64,000 nucleotides of DNA from Bythopirellula sp. (GTDB lineage Bacteria; Planctomycetota; Planctomycetia; Pirellulales; Lacipirellulaceae). The notes beneath the pieces are model-generated. The model was not told the origin of the DNA, ran no database searches, and was given only the letters and a program-made list of their open reading frames with translations. Positions 49,079-59,329 of the stretch are shown here, piece by piece (the stretch's first letter is position 1; each line of letters begins with the position of its first letter). The position numbers were made by a program, and so were the translations under genes. Location of the stretch: positions 3,040,001 through 3,104,000 of the forward strand of contig OZ244170.1 in NCBI GenBank assembly GCA_965216565.1, in the 5' to 3' direction.

Positions 49079-49768
49079 ATGGACGTAGTACTAAAAGTCA
49101 TCGAAGGCGCCAAAGAGGGCGGCGAGCTAAAAATCAAGAAAGAGAAATTCTTGATTGGCCGCAGTCCCAAATGCCACCTTTGTGCCGGTAGTACCGCCAT
49201 CAGTCGGCAACACTGTGCGATCAAGCGCAACGACTCCCGAGTTTCCATCAAAGATTATGGCAGCCGCAACGGGACGTTAGTTAACGGCAAGAAAATCAAG
49301 AAAGAGACCGAGCTCTTTTCGGGCGACGAAATCACCATCGGCCCATTGAAGTTTTTGATCACCATCACGCACGGCATCAACAACACCAAGAAATCGGAAG
49401 TCAAATCGGTTGCCGAAGCGGTGGAACGTACCGTCGCCAAAGGTGACTCAGGATCCGCCGGCGACGATATTACCGATTGGCTGTTAGAACCCGTCGCACC
49501 TTTGCCTCAGTCGGTTTCCGAAACGCAAACCATCGAGATGGACGACACCAACGCCCTGCAAATGCTTCGGCAAGGCGCTGAGGAAGCGGGAGACGACGAA
49601 GGCTCGTCCATACTGGAAGGCGCCGAGTCGGAAGAAACCTCTGAAGACGACAGCAAAAAGGGCAAGAAGAAACCCGGTAAACTTCCACCAATAGCCCGAG
49701 AGCCCGCCACCAAAGATAGCCGTGAAGCCGCTTCCGAAGCGCTCCGCAATTGGAATCGCCGCCGCTAA
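49079..49768 (+). CDS. FHA domain protein
   Basis: IGR, ISRQHC, D.GSRNGT.VNG. Confidence 0.88.
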   Translation: MDVVLKVIEGAKEGGELKIKKEKFLIGRSPKCHLCAGSTAISRQHCAIKRNDSRVSIKDYGSRNGTLVNGKKIKKETELFSGDEITIGPLKFLITITHGINNTKKSEVKSVAEAVERTVAKGDSGSAGDDITDWLLEPVAPLPQSVSETQTIEMDDTNALQMLRQGAEEAGDDEGSSILEGAESEETSEDDSKKGKKKPGKLPPIAREPATKDSREAASEALRNWNRRR

Positions 49769-49780
49769 CCTTCTTCCGCT

Positions 49781-50032
49781 ATGAATTCTCGTCGACCGAA
49801 AAAGAAAAGCCCTGACGGCGCTCTGCTAGGTTTAGCGTTTGATGCCAACGATGATCAAAAACGCATTACCCGCGGACCCAACTTTGTACTCGCCGGCGGT
49901 TCGCAAGAAACACATTCGGTGATGCAAGAGACGGCCATAAAGATCAACGAACATCTCGACCAACGCGGCAAACAACTCTCTGAGATCAGCCCTGGCGAAC
50001 TCCGCGACATCGTCGAAGACATTCATGGCTGA
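49781..50032 (+). CDS. Conserved-looking hypothetical protein
   Basis: Follows the FHA gene by 12 nt; KRITRG.NF.L.GGS.ETH..M motif. Confidence 0.65.
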   Translation: MNSRRPKKKSPDGALLGLAFDANDDQKRITRGPNFVLAGGSQETHSVMQETAIKINEHLDQRGKQLSEISPGELRDIVEDIHG

Positions 50033-50132
50033 GCGGGGAGCGGAGAGTCGAGAGTACAGCATCAACTGCCCCCTAACTCGCCCCCCAACTTCCAACCCCA
50101 TAGCCGCGATTCGACGAATCGCCGGGGGCCCC

Positions 50133-50167
50133 AAGAAAAAGAGCCCTGGAGCAACGCTCCAAGGCTC
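50133..50167 (-). terminator. Intrinsic terminator
   Basis: Minus strand GAGCCTTGGAGC-GTT-GCTCCAGGGCTC-TTTTTCTT. Confidence 0.75.
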
Positions 50168-50198
50168 AATAGATCTCTAGTCTCTAGTCTCTCAACTC

Positions 50199-50714
50199 TC
50201 AGAATTCACCTTCAACTGAACCGACAAGTTCCAGTTCGTCTTCGTTCTCACCTTGCTCGGCATCTTGCGATTCTTCTTGCTGATTTTCTTCGTCCGCTCC
50301 CCGAGCAGCCTTTTCCGCAGGCGTTAGCTGCACGTAGCCCAAGCCGCGAATTACTTCTAGCACTTCGCTGCAAGTCGGGAACATGCGACCGCTGGTTCGC
50401 TTGTATTCGTCCAGGGCATTCATGAATTCAACTTCCCCGTCCGTGTAGTCGCGCTCACAGGTGGTGGGGTCAATTTGGCGACGACGTTGAACCTTCTTGC
50501 GACGCTCTACTTTGGGAGCATCAGAGCCGGTGGAATCTTCACGGCGACGATCGATCGTGACTTCTTGATCGCCAGCTTCTGGCTTGGAATCCGACTTCTT
50601 CTTGCTGGCTTTGCTGGAGGACTTGCTGGCCTTGCGAGTCTTGGTCGAAGCTTTGGTCTTGCGGGATGTGGTTTTGGTGGCTTTGGACTTGGAAGCGGTG
50701 GTTTTCTTAGGCAT
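50199..50714 (-). CDS. Hypothetical protein: basic N-tail, RRRQIDPTT core, acidic C-tail
   Basis: AGGAG RBS; downstream terminator; core EFM.A.DEYK...GR.FPT.SEVL. Confidence 0.75.
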   Translation of the reverse strand: MPKKTTASKSKATKTTSRKTKASTKTRKASKSSSKASKKKSDSKPEAGDQEVTIDRRREDSTGSDAPKVERRKKVQRRRQIDPTTCERDYTDGEVEFMNALDEYKRTSGRMFPTCSEVLEVIRGLGYVQLTPAEKAARGADEENQQEESQDAEQGENEDELELVGSVEGEF

Positions 50715-51109
50715 GGGGAGTTGCTCCTAAAGGGGGCCCGTGGTGGGCAGGTCGCTTAGTGAATGTTCACCTCTGACGCTAGCAATCATCGGAATGCCGA
50801 CTGAGTAAAATAGAACAACTAGTAAAAAAGATAGGTTTGCGTAGTATTGCCGGTTGGTACGAATAGTCCGGCCTGGCCAAGCTTTTCTGCATATCCGTCA
50901 CAAACCGACCGGGCAAACTATTGGGCCAGCCGCATGGCTCCCACCTGCCAGCTAGTCGAGCCGAACTTGCCAATATTCCCGCCTGCTGCTACTTTTCCCC
51001 ACCCCAATGGGCCCGATGTCAGAGCCCGTTGCGATCCGAGTTGCCGTTCGCACCACCGGCAACGCTTTAGATTTGAACAAGAGGCGTGCCAAGCTGCGCG
51101 TTGCCCATC

Positions 51110-51853
51110 ATGCAAGGTTCCCGCTCTACCAACCACCCAGCCATTGGCCTGGTTCTTACACTCACGCTACTCTCCGCTGGTTGTAGCCAGATGAGTTCGC
51201 AGGCGCTCAACTCCGAAGGGGTGCGGCTCTACCAGAATGGCAATTACGTACAAGCCGCCGAGCAGTTCCAGCGCTCCGTGGCCAGCAATCCTAAGAATGC
51301 CGACAGCTATTACAACTTGGCCTCGGCGCTACACAAGAACGGCAAACTCTACGGACGCCAAGAAGACATCGCCCAAGCCGAGCAACTCTATAACCAATGT
51401 CTCGACTACGATCCCCAACACACCGAGTGTTACCGGGCCCTAGCCGTGCTGCTTTCCGAAACCGATCGCAACGATGCCGCGTTTCGTCTGCTGGAGGGTT
51501 GGGCCGGTCGCAATCCGCAGGCGGCAGACCCTCAAATCGAACTTGCACGTCTCTTGGAAGAAACCAACAACCTCAACCAGGCATCGACTCGTTTAGTACA
51601 AGCGCTGGCGATCGAACCTCGCAATAGCCGCGCCCTCACAGCGCTCGGCCGTCTGCGTGAGCGCGAAGGCGACGCCAGCCAAGCACTAGCCAACTACCAG
51701 CGATCACTAGCGGTCAATCGCTTCCAGCCAGAAATCTCCGCCCGCGTAGCCACCCTTCAAGCCGTCACCGGCTCGACCAGCGCGATCATGACCCCGCCCA
51801 CCGAAACCCGCACCGTTCAGCAGTGGACACCCTCGAACTCGGTGAGGTACTAG
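51110..51853 (+). CDS. TPR repeat lipoprotein
   Basis: Lipobox LSAGC; multiple TPR repeats (ADSYYNLA, ALAIEP, ALANYQRSL). Confidence 0.82.
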   Translation: MQGSRSTNHPAIGLVLTLTLLSAGCSQMSSQALNSEGVRLYQNGNYVQAAEQFQRSVASNPKNADSYYNLASALHKNGKLYGRQEDIAQAEQLYNQCLDYDPQHTECYRALAVLLSETDRNDAAFRLLEGWAGRNPQAADPQIELARLLEETNNLNQASTRLVQALAIEPRNSRALTALGRLREREGDASQALANYQRSLAVNRFQPEISARVATLQAVTGSTSAIMTPPTETRTVQQWTPSNSVRY

Positions 51854-51900
51854 GGGAGGCGTTGAGGCTGGAGGCTGTAGGCTTCGAGGCTGTAAGGTCC

Positions 51901-52042
<142 letters not shown>

Positions 52043-52056
52043 CCGCAATCGCGATT

Positions 52057-52158
52057 TACGCCAACGGCGTTGCACTCAATAGCCTAGGGTTGCGAGCGTA
52101 AGCGAGCTACCCTAGGTTTCCGCGCAAGCACAGAGCTTACGCCGAAGGCGTTAGACAA
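52057..52158 (+). repeat. About 100-bp three-hairpin element, family B (copies at 53568-53667 and 54547-54646)
   Basis: CGCCAACGGCGTT ... CCTAGGGTTGCGAGCG.AAGCGAGCTACCCTAGG ... TACGCCGAAGGCGTT in three intergenic gaps. Confidence 0.85.
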
Positions 52159-52222
52159 TGTCGATGAAGGTCACCTCGCGAATCGTTGATTCGCGGCTAG
52201 CACCATTTCCCTTTCATCGACT

Positions 52223-53464
52223 TCATCCCAACCCTTCCAATGCCTCGCACGCCAGGCGCAGCGATTCGCTCGCGTCCATGCGGTCGGCACATGCTCGAGC
52301 TGCGGCGGCGACACGTTGATCGGAGAGCAATCCGTCAAGAAGCTCCGCCACCCGTGGGCCGCGGAATTTTTTGCGGGGGATTATCTCCGCGACGCCCAAG
52401 CGTTTCAGTCGTGTACCATTGTCAAGCTGATCGTAAGCCATCGGCATCACCAACTGGGGCAGCCCCGCCGCCAGCCCCTGGGCACTGGTGCCGATGCCAC
52501 CGTGATGCACAAGCGCAGCGGCGCGTGGCAATAGTTGGCTGAACGGCACAAAACCAAACGTCCTAATTCCCTCCGGCAAATCTGCCGGCAATTGCTCGGG
52601 ATACTTCGTACAGAGAATCGCACGACGTCCCAGTCGGACGCTCGCGTCGACGGCGGCGGCGAAGATTTCTGCTCCGGAGGTCATCGCCGAGCCGGGAGCG
52701 AACACAAGCGGCGGTGTGCCGGCATCAAGAAACGCCTCGACGTCGTCTGGCAATGTCTCGTCGCCAGCTTGATCCCAAAGCGGAAAGCCGGTGGCCTGCA
52801 CATTCGCCGGCCAGTCGGGCTGCGGCTTGGCAAACCAATCGGGAAACAGCCCCAACACCAACTGCGGCGAAAAGTACCACGTGTGCATCAAATTGCGGAC
52901 CGGCTCGAGCCCCACTTCGCGACGCAGCGGATCGAGTTCTGGCGCTATGATGCGATCGAGCAAACGATCGGCCAGCCAAAACTGCGCTTTGCGAAACCAC
53001 CCCGGCCACCAGTCCTGCATCAACATCTTAAACATCTGCGGCGACTCGTGAAAACTCCGCAGTGCCACCGGTGCCAGATGCACACTCGCCACAGGCGTGC
53101 CGTACTTGTCCTGATGCACGCGACTGGCGAAGTCTAAGCAATGGGCCACCAATACCGTCTCGCCCGCTACCACGTTGTCGTCGATCAATTCATACAGGGG
53201 CCGCAAAAACTTGCGGACGGTGGTTTGCATGATGAAGATCGGACCGCGCACAGGATTCCAGAGATCGGGATGATGAGCCAACTCGTGATATTCCTCCACC
53301 GTCCCGAGCGGCAAAAATTCCACGCCCGCCGCTTCGATGATGGGTTGAAAATGCGGATTGGCGATCACGGTCGCCTGATGCCCGCGCCCACGCATCGCCT
53401 GCGCCAAACCAACAAGCGGCAGCACATCGCCATAGCTTCCCAGGGCTGTCATGAGGTAGTGCAT
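52223..53464 (-). CDS. GT1-family (MGT/RhlB-like) glycosyltransferase
   Basis: GSYGDV.P, FAPGS, VHHGGIGT, P.AYDQ.DN. Confidence 0.88.
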   Translation of the reverse strand: MHYLMTALGSYGDVLPLVGLAQAMRGRGHQATVIANPHFQPIIEAAGVEFLPLGTVEEYHELAHHPDLWNPVRGPIFIMQTTVRKFLRPLYELIDDNVVAGETVLVAHCLDFASRVHQDKYGTPVASVHLAPVALRSFHESPQMFKMLMQDWWPGWFRKAQFWLADRLLDRIIAPELDPLRREVGLEPVRNLMHTWYFSPQLVLGLFPDWFAKPQPDWPANVQATGFPLWDQAGDETLPDDVEAFLDAGTPPLVFAPGSAMTSGAEIFAAAVDASVRLGRRAILCTKYPEQLPADLPEGIRTFGFVPFSQLLPRAAALVHHGGIGTSAQGLAAGLPQLVMPMAYDQLDNGTRLKRLGVAEIIPRKKFRGPRVAELLDGLLSDQRVAAAARACADRMDASESLRLACEALEGLG

Positions 53465-53733
53465 GGTTTGAGGCAGGAGACTTTGAGGCTGGAGGCTTCG
53501 AGACTGGGGGCTTCGAGACGCGAGGGTATTCGCCTGGCGGCTGTTGGCTTTCCGCTACCGAGGATTTCGCCAACGGCGTTGTACTCCATAGCCTAGGGCT
53601 GCGAGCGCAAGCAAGCTACCCTAGGACTTCGATTTCTGTAGATTCCACTACGCCGAAAGCGTTAGACACAATGCAACTTGTACTGCACAATATGTGAACT
53701 TCCAACACCCTGCGCACCTATCGTCGAACCCAC

Positions 53734-54495
53734 ATGGCCGACAGCGATCCTCAAGATGACGACGAATACGAGCTCGAGCCAATCGACCCAGAGATTCTGG
53801 AACGAGAGCGTCAGCGGGCCGATGCCAAGGTCCGCCAGGCGGAGCAGTCGGTCGACATCAACGAGTACTACGAGGACGAGCAGCCCGAGGATCCCATCAC
53901 TTGGGACGACATGCGAGGCTTTCAGTTTTCGATTCGCCATTTACTGATTGCTACCGCCGGGCTGGCGGTCTTTCTTACGCTTTGGGAAATTGGCGAATGC
54001 TTGGCTTTGTTCCTGGGTGCCCTCGCGGCATTGGCTGGCGGTTGGTTCTATGTGTTGAAGCGTGAACGCGAAGCCAAAGACAAGCGTCAAATTGAGCGTG
54101 CAGCCCGAGTAGCCGGCAGTGGCAAGCCAACCGACCCAGATGCAATCGATTACAGCGAATTCGATACTTCAGAAGAACCCACTGCATCTCGCGAGTTTCG
54201 CTTCAGCTTTTCCATGAAGGAATTGTTTGGTGCCATGACGGTTGCCGCCCTGATGCTGGGGCTGATCCAAATATTGGGCGGCGCTCACAATGCAGCACTC
54301 GTGCTGGGATTGATCGCGCTCTTGGGCTTAGTGATTCACGTCGTCGGATTTGATCCGCCCCCGGTGGTCGTCCTAGGTTGGTGGCTGCTGTTGGTGCTGT
54401 ATATCGTAATGAGTCTGTGGGCCGCATTCGGCTCCGGAGCGGTGGCGTGGCTGCCGGGAGAGACGAGCATACTTTTTGCAAGCATGCTGTACTAA
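53734..54495 (+). CDS. Hypothetical membrane protein with two F.FS...L-TM modules
   Basis: Acidic N-terminus; FQFSIRHLL and FSFSMKELF each precede TM hairpins. Confidence 0.72.
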   Translation: MADSDPQDDDEYELEPIDPEILERERQRADAKVRQAEQSVDINEYYEDEQPEDPITWDDMRGFQFSIRHLLIATAGLAVFLTLWEIGECLALFLGALAALAGGWFYVLKREREAKDKRQIERAARVAGSGKPTDPDAIDYSEFDTSEEPTASREFRFSFSMKELFGAMTVAALMLGLIQILGGAHNAALVLGLIALLGLVIHVVGFDPPPVVVLGWWLLLVLYIVMSLWAAFGSGAVAWLPGETSILFASMLY

Positions 54496-54679
54496 TGGCA
54501 GTCAGCTCTCGGCTCTCAATTCAAAGCTTATGAGCCCTCTGAGGTATACGCCAAAGGCGTTTCATTCCAAAGCCAAGGGTTGCGAGCGCAAGCGAGCTAC
54601 CGTAGGTAGTCTCACGCAGTAAGATACTTACGCTGAAAGCGTTACACCTTGGGTTGCCGTGCGAATCGTGGATTCGCGG

Positions 54680-55705
54680 CTAGCTTGAAGCCCGATAATA
54701 CTTCAATTTTTCACGGAGAAAGTCTCCGAAACCCTTCTCCGGCGCTTCGGCTGCCAACTCGTTGATACGACTATGCCGTTTCAGTTCCGCGAACGGTACG
54801 CTGTGATCCAGCCAGCCATCGTCGTAGATCATTTCGTCGAGTTTACCATTGAATAACCATCGCCAATCCCAACCAATCTCACGGGTCCGCTGACGGTAAA
54901 TGCTCGTCGTGCAATTGGTCGTCAGACCATGATACCAACGTGGATGCTCCACTAAGGCATTGGCACTAACGACGTACTCCAGAAACAGTTTCTTTAGCTC
55001 CTCGTTTTCCACTTGCAGCCGGTACAGATACACGTCGTGGTTTTCCAGATACTTGGCACGCTTGAGAATCGCGTCCCTCTCGTCAGAGACCACGTACATA
55101 ATCTCCTGCTGACGATACAGACTGCGGAAGAAGCCGTACTTCTGCCCCTGGCGGTAACGGACCTCGATCGAAATGCAAAGCCGCCCCTCATCGCCAAAGT
55201 CGAACACCAGCATCGGGTGACTGATAAACGACGAACCCCAATAGATGATCACACCGTCGAGACCGATTAGTTTCGACAGATGGTACTCTCGCTGTTCGTA
55301 GTGCGGCGTGAAGTCGGTCGACGTGCGGTACTCGGTATTGCGGACATTGTGGACGGTGATTCGATCGCCCTCGATTTCAAACCGTGGCAGTACTGCGAAA
55401 TTGGGATTCCAATCGCGATCGTTCGAGGGTTTCTGCTTCAGCCACCAAACCATAAAGACGACGAACGCCGTCAGGATGACGACCATCACCTGCCACAAAG
55501 GTTGCCACCACGCAATGGCGGCCACCACCGACGCAACGCAGAGTAGGATCAAAGGCCAGGCGTACCAACGCGCTCGAGCCACGTCGAAATAGATCGCACC
55601 GATCGTCCACAGCAATAGCACGGAGACCAGCAGATACCCTAACGGCATGAGAATCGCCGCTGGTACGTAACCAAGCACCTCAGCAATACTTTCGAGCGAG
55701 AACAA
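54680..55705 (-). CDS. DUF4105 (Lnb N-terminal-like) protein
   Basis: N-terminal TMs, PSNDRDW, H.M..F.F, ISIEVR, Y..LTTNCTT. Confidence 0.8.
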   Translation of the reverse strand: MFSLESIAEVLGYVPAAILMPLGYLLVSVLLLWTIGAIYFDVARARWYAWPLILLCVASVVAAIAWWQPLWQVMVVILTAFVVFMVWWLKQKPSNDRDWNPNFAVLPRFEIEGDRITVHNVRNTEYRTSTDFTPHYEQREYHLSKLIGLDGVIIYWGSSFISHPMLVFDFGDEGRLCISIEVRYRQGQKYGFFRSLYRQQEIMYVVSDERDAILKRAKYLENHDVYLYRLQVENEELKKLFLEYVVSANALVEHPRWYHGLTTNCTTSIYRQRTREIGWDWRWLFNGKLDEMIYDDGWLDHSVPFAELKRHSRINELAAEAPEKGFGDFLREKLKYYRASS

Positions 55706-55812
55706 AGTGCGACCTGGGTTGAACCGTAAAGGCGTCCGCGGCGAGTTTTCCGACTCCCAAATCTACTTTGCTCTGGGGGAATTTCAAATCGTTTGGCTTT
55801 TGGTCTCTCCCG

Positions 55813-57585
55813 TCACTGACGTTTGGGGCTGGCTTTTTCGCTCTCCACCCATGAAGTGACGTTTGCTTCGAGGATCCCCAACGGCACGGAGCCACTGCCC
55901 AGTACCACGTCGTGAAACGCACGGATGTCGAAATCATCGCCCAGTGCGTCTTCGGCTTGTTCACGGATTTGGCGGATCTTCATTTCACCCGTCTTGTACG
56001 CCAGCGCCTGCCCCGGCCAGGTGATGTACCGATCGACCTCGGCCTCGATATTGTGTCGGGACATGGCCGAGTTGTCGCTCAAATAATCAATCGCCTTCTC
56101 ACGCGACCAACCGTAATAGTGAATCCCCGTATCGACCACCAGTCGGCAAGCCCGCCAGATCTCCATCGTTAGCCGGCCAAAGTCGCTGTAGGGATCTTCA
56201 TAGAAACCCGCCTCGCGCCCCAGCCGCTCTGCATAGAGAGCCCAGCCTTCGACGAATACGGTAAATCCTTCGAAGCGTCGAAATTTTGGTAGATCATCCA
56301 TCTCCTGCTGCAGCGCAATTTGCAGATGATGCCCCGGCACGGCCTCGTGCAGCGACAACGCTTCGATCATATACAGCGGTCGGCTCTTCAAATTATAAGT
56401 GTTCATAAAGAAAAAGCCGGCCCGGGTTCCGTCACCCGCCGGTCGCTGATAATAGGCAGACGTTGTTCGCGGAGCGATATAGTCGGGCACTTCCTTCAGT
56501 CCGTAGGAGACGCGCGGCAAATGGCCGAACAGCTTGGGTAGCTGGCCGTCCATTTTCTTCAGCACATACGACACTTCCTTGAGCAATTCTTTTTTCGTCT
56601 CCGCATAAAACTTAGGGTCCTCGCGCAAGTATTTTGTAAAGGCCGCAAAGTCGCCCTCGAATTCCACACGCTTGATGATCTCGTCCATTTCGCCGCGAAT
56701 TCTAGCCACCTCAGACAGTCCCGTTTGATGCACTTCCTCGGGTGTCACATCCAGCGTCGTGTACTTTCGCACACGATGGCGATAAAACTCTCGCCCACCA
56801 GACACGGCGGAAATTCCTACTGAGTCTCGCAACTGCGGAACATACTCGGTCTCCATGAACTTGCGGAATCGCTCGTAGGTTGGCACGACGATCGAAGTAA
56901 TAGCCTCGGTGCCCTCAGCACGCAGACGCTCGTGCTCACTCGCGGGAACGCCGATCGGAAACTTCTGAAATGGTTTATAGAGCAGGCTCTTCTGAGGATC
57001 GTCGACTATGTGTGCATCGATGGATTCTTCCCAACCCTGCATGGCCACAGCCGGTTGAACCCGATTGCTCGCCATCCCCTCGCGCATGAGTTCGATATGG
57101 CCGTCCGTATACTTGGCAAATGCCCGTAACCTCGAAATATAGTTCTCATAGTCCTGCAAACTGTCGAGGGGGACGTCGTCGGGAAGCTCTGGGAAGTTCA
57201 GATGAAATCCGTTTCGCTGATTGATGGGCATTAGTTGGTCGCCGAACTCGTGCTCGGTGATCTCGTCTCGGATCAACCGACGGAGGATGTCGTAGTTAAT
57301 CTGCTGGTCCGGCGATAGCCCCTCGCGGCCGATGCTCTCGATCTCTGCCAGAAATCCTACCCGCGCTTCGTTCCGACGTTTGCTATTGGCCAACGAAACT
57401 GTCGGTAAACGATCGTTATACTGGTGCTCACCGACTCTGGTGGCAAACAGCGGATACTCCTGGAGATCGTGTTCCCAGATTCGATCCACGAGTTCTAGAA
57501 AACTTTCGTCAGGCGTGGGCTGGGCAAATGTCGACTGAGCCATAAAAACTAGCAGAGGGACCATTGCCCAAATCGGTCGGTACAT
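55813..57585 (-). CDS. DUF885 family exported protein
   Basis: Signal peptide; HEAVPGHHLQ, EGWALYAE, RLVVDTGIH, PGQA.AYK.G. Confidence 0.9.
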   Translation of the reverse strand: MYRPIWAMVPLLVFMAQSTFAQPTPDESFLELVDRIWEHDLQEYPLFATRVGEHQYNDRLPTVSLANSKRRNEARVGFLAEIESIGREGLSPDQQINYDILRRLIRDEITEHEFGDQLMPINQRNGFHLNFPELPDDVPLDSLQDYENYISRLRAFAKYTDGHIELMREGMASNRVQPAVAMQGWEESIDAHIVDDPQKSLLYKPFQKFPIGVPASEHERLRAEGTEAITSIVVPTYERFRKFMETEYVPQLRDSVGISAVSGGREFYRHRVRKYTTLDVTPEEVHQTGLSEVARIRGEMDEIIKRVEFEGDFAAFTKYLREDPKFYAETKKELLKEVSYVLKKMDGQLPKLFGHLPRVSYGLKEVPDYIAPRTTSAYYQRPAGDGTRAGFFFMNTYNLKSRPLYMIEALSLHEAVPGHHLQIALQQEMDDLPKFRRFEGFTVFVEGWALYAERLGREAGFYEDPYSDFGRLTMEIWRACRLVVDTGIHYYGWSREKAIDYLSDNSAMSRHNIEAEVDRYITWPGQALAYKTGEMKIRQIREQAEDALGDDFDIRAFHDVVLGSGSVPLGILEANVTSWVESEKASPKRQ

Positions 57586-57642
57586 TGTAGGTTCCTTGGG
57601 ACGATTAAGAGTCATGCGAGTTAACGGAGAGGGTTTGCCTGG

Positions 57643-57793
57643 GGCTGTCCGGGATTTTCCAAATGAGTAACACGGCTACGGCAGTAACTGTCATTCCGAG
57701 GTCTGCCGAGGAATCTGGCCGGCCCCTCGGCAGACCTCGAAGTGAAAGCACGCTTCCTGTCTTGTGGTTTCTATTCGAAAATCCCGGACAGCC
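57643..57793. mobile_element. MITE-like element with 17-bp terminal inverted repeats
   Basis: GGCTGTCCGGGATTTTC ... GAAAATCCCGGACAGCC; internal inverted repeat CGAGGTCTGCCGAGG/CCTCGGCAGACCTCG. Confidence 0.65.
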
Positions 57794-57881
57794 ACGATAG
57801 ACCTAGAATATATCAGCTTACGTTGCCCGGGCGGACAGCAATTAAAGACGACCCGGTCTCACTGACTATGATTTCAGATCA

Positions 57882-58346
57882 ATGAAAAAGAAACGCTGGA
57901 TGATCGGACTCTTACTTGCCCTCGGGATGACTTGGATTGCGGTTCGCTGGGCAAATTCCATCACTGCGCCCAACCATGAACTGGGACTGCAACAAAATCG
58001 CCTCGCCCCCTGCCCCGACAGTCCAAACTGCGTGTCGACGCGCGCCGAGACGGCCGAGCACCAAATTGAGCCTCTGCAATTCACCGGTTCGGCCGAAGAG
58101 GCTTTCGGGCGTATCAAGAATATTGTCGCGGCGATGCCCGGCAGCCAGATCGTGACCGTCGACGACCGATACCTGCACGCGGAGTTTCGCAGCACACTGT
58201 TGGGCTTTGTCGACGATGTCGAGTTTCACGTCGACGACTCGAAGGGCCTGATCCATTTCCGTTCCGCAAGCCGAGTTGGCCGATCCGACTTGGGAGCGAA
58301 TCGGGAACGAATGAAAGAGATTCGTCAGCGCTTCGAGCGACCGTAA
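57882..58346 (+). CDS. DUF1499 family protein
   Basis: CPDSPNCVS, FVDDVEF, RSASRVG.SDLG.NR.R. Confidence 0.88.
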   Translation: MKKKRWMIGLLLALGMTWIAVRWANSITAPNHELGLQQNRLAPCPDSPNCVSTRAETAEHQIEPLQFTGSAEEAFGRIKNIVAAMPGSQIVTVDDRYLHAEFRSTLLGFVDDVEFHVDDSKGLIHFRSASRVGRSDLGANRERMKEIRQRFERP

Positions 58347-58388
58347 GCGGAGTGGTCACTCCAAGAGACTTCGCGTAGGTCGCGGCAT

Positions 58389-58426
58389 AAAAAAAGCCCA
58401 GGGCGATCATAACGATCACCCTGGGC
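58389..58426 (-). terminator. Intrinsic terminator
   Basis: GCCCAGGG.GATC stem followed by a T-run on the minus strand, downstream of the N/Q-rich gene. Confidence 0.75.
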
Positions 58427-58450
58427 GAAACTTAAACTAGCAGTCACACG

Positions 58451-59329
58451 TTAGTTATTGTTCGATTCGTTATTCGAACTCTCCGAGCGATCATTCTCTC
58501 GTTGATTGCTGCGATCGTTTTGCGAATCGTTTTGTTGCGAATTGTTGTTATTCGAGCTTTGATTCGCCTCAGACTGCTGGCTGTTTCGATTCTCATTCTG
58601 ACGGTCCATCTGTCGGTTATTCTCGTCTCGCTGCGAAGAGCTGGAATCACGATAGTTGGACTGATGGCGGTTCGACTGCGAGCTACTCGATTGAGAATCG
58701 ACATATACCCGACGTCCATTCATACAAATGAATTCTCGACCACAGTTGTCGTGACGCAAACGATAGGTTCTTCCAGAATTATTGCTGTTAGCAGAACTAT
58801 TTTGGTTCCACTGGTTTTGATTCTGGCTTTGATCGTTCCAGTTGCGATTGTCGTTCTGACGCTGGTTGTTGTTATTGGCTTGGTTGTCCCCACGATAGTT
58901 CGATTCGTATTCGTTGGGGTTGTTGTCTTGCCAATTACGATTGTCGTTCTGCTGATTCTGCAGATTTCGGTTATCGTTTTGGAGGTTTCGATTATTGTTG
59001 TTTAGATTCCTATTGTTGTTCTGGGAATCCTGATTACTGTTTTGAAAATTCTGATTGTTGTTACGTTGGTTGTTATTCCGCTGGTTGCGATTTACGCCAT
59101 CGCGAATACGGTCGCGGGTTCGACGTACTGCGTCGGCGGTACCTTCGGCAGCCTCATTGGCCAAATTGCGCGTTGCTTCGCCCGTACGTCGAATTGCGTT
59201 ACCGGTACCTTCCGCCGCTCGACGCACGCCATCGCGTACACGTTCCTGGGCATCGGCAGTGTCAGCAACAGGCACTAACAGTAATGCACTAAGTGCAGCC
59301 AGGCTGATAGTTCTAAATCTAATCTTCAT
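58451..59329 (-). CDS. Exported Asn/Gln-rich low-complexity protein
   Basis: AGGAG RBS, signal peptide (ADA/Q), N/Q/R/S-rich repeats, downstream terminator. Confidence 0.75.
   Translation of the reverse strand: MKIRFRTISLAALSALLLVPVADTADAQERVRDGVRRAAEGTGNAIRRTGEATRNLANEAAEGTADAVRRTRDRIRDGVNRNQRNNNQRNNNQNFQNSNQDSQNNNRNLNNNNRNLQNDNRNLQNQQNDNRNWQDNNPNEYESNYRGDNQANNNNQRQNDNRNWNDQSQNQNQWNQNSSANSNNSGRTYRLRHDNCGREFICMNGRRVYVDSQSSSSQSNRHQSNYRDSSSSQRDENNRQMDRQNENRNSQQSEANQSSNNNNSQQNDSQNDRSNQRENDRSESSNNESNNN

Noticed and set aside
54680..55705. Functional link between the DUF4105/Lnb-like gene and the Lgt operon
   Set aside because: More than 40 kb apart with no sequence evidence of coupling.
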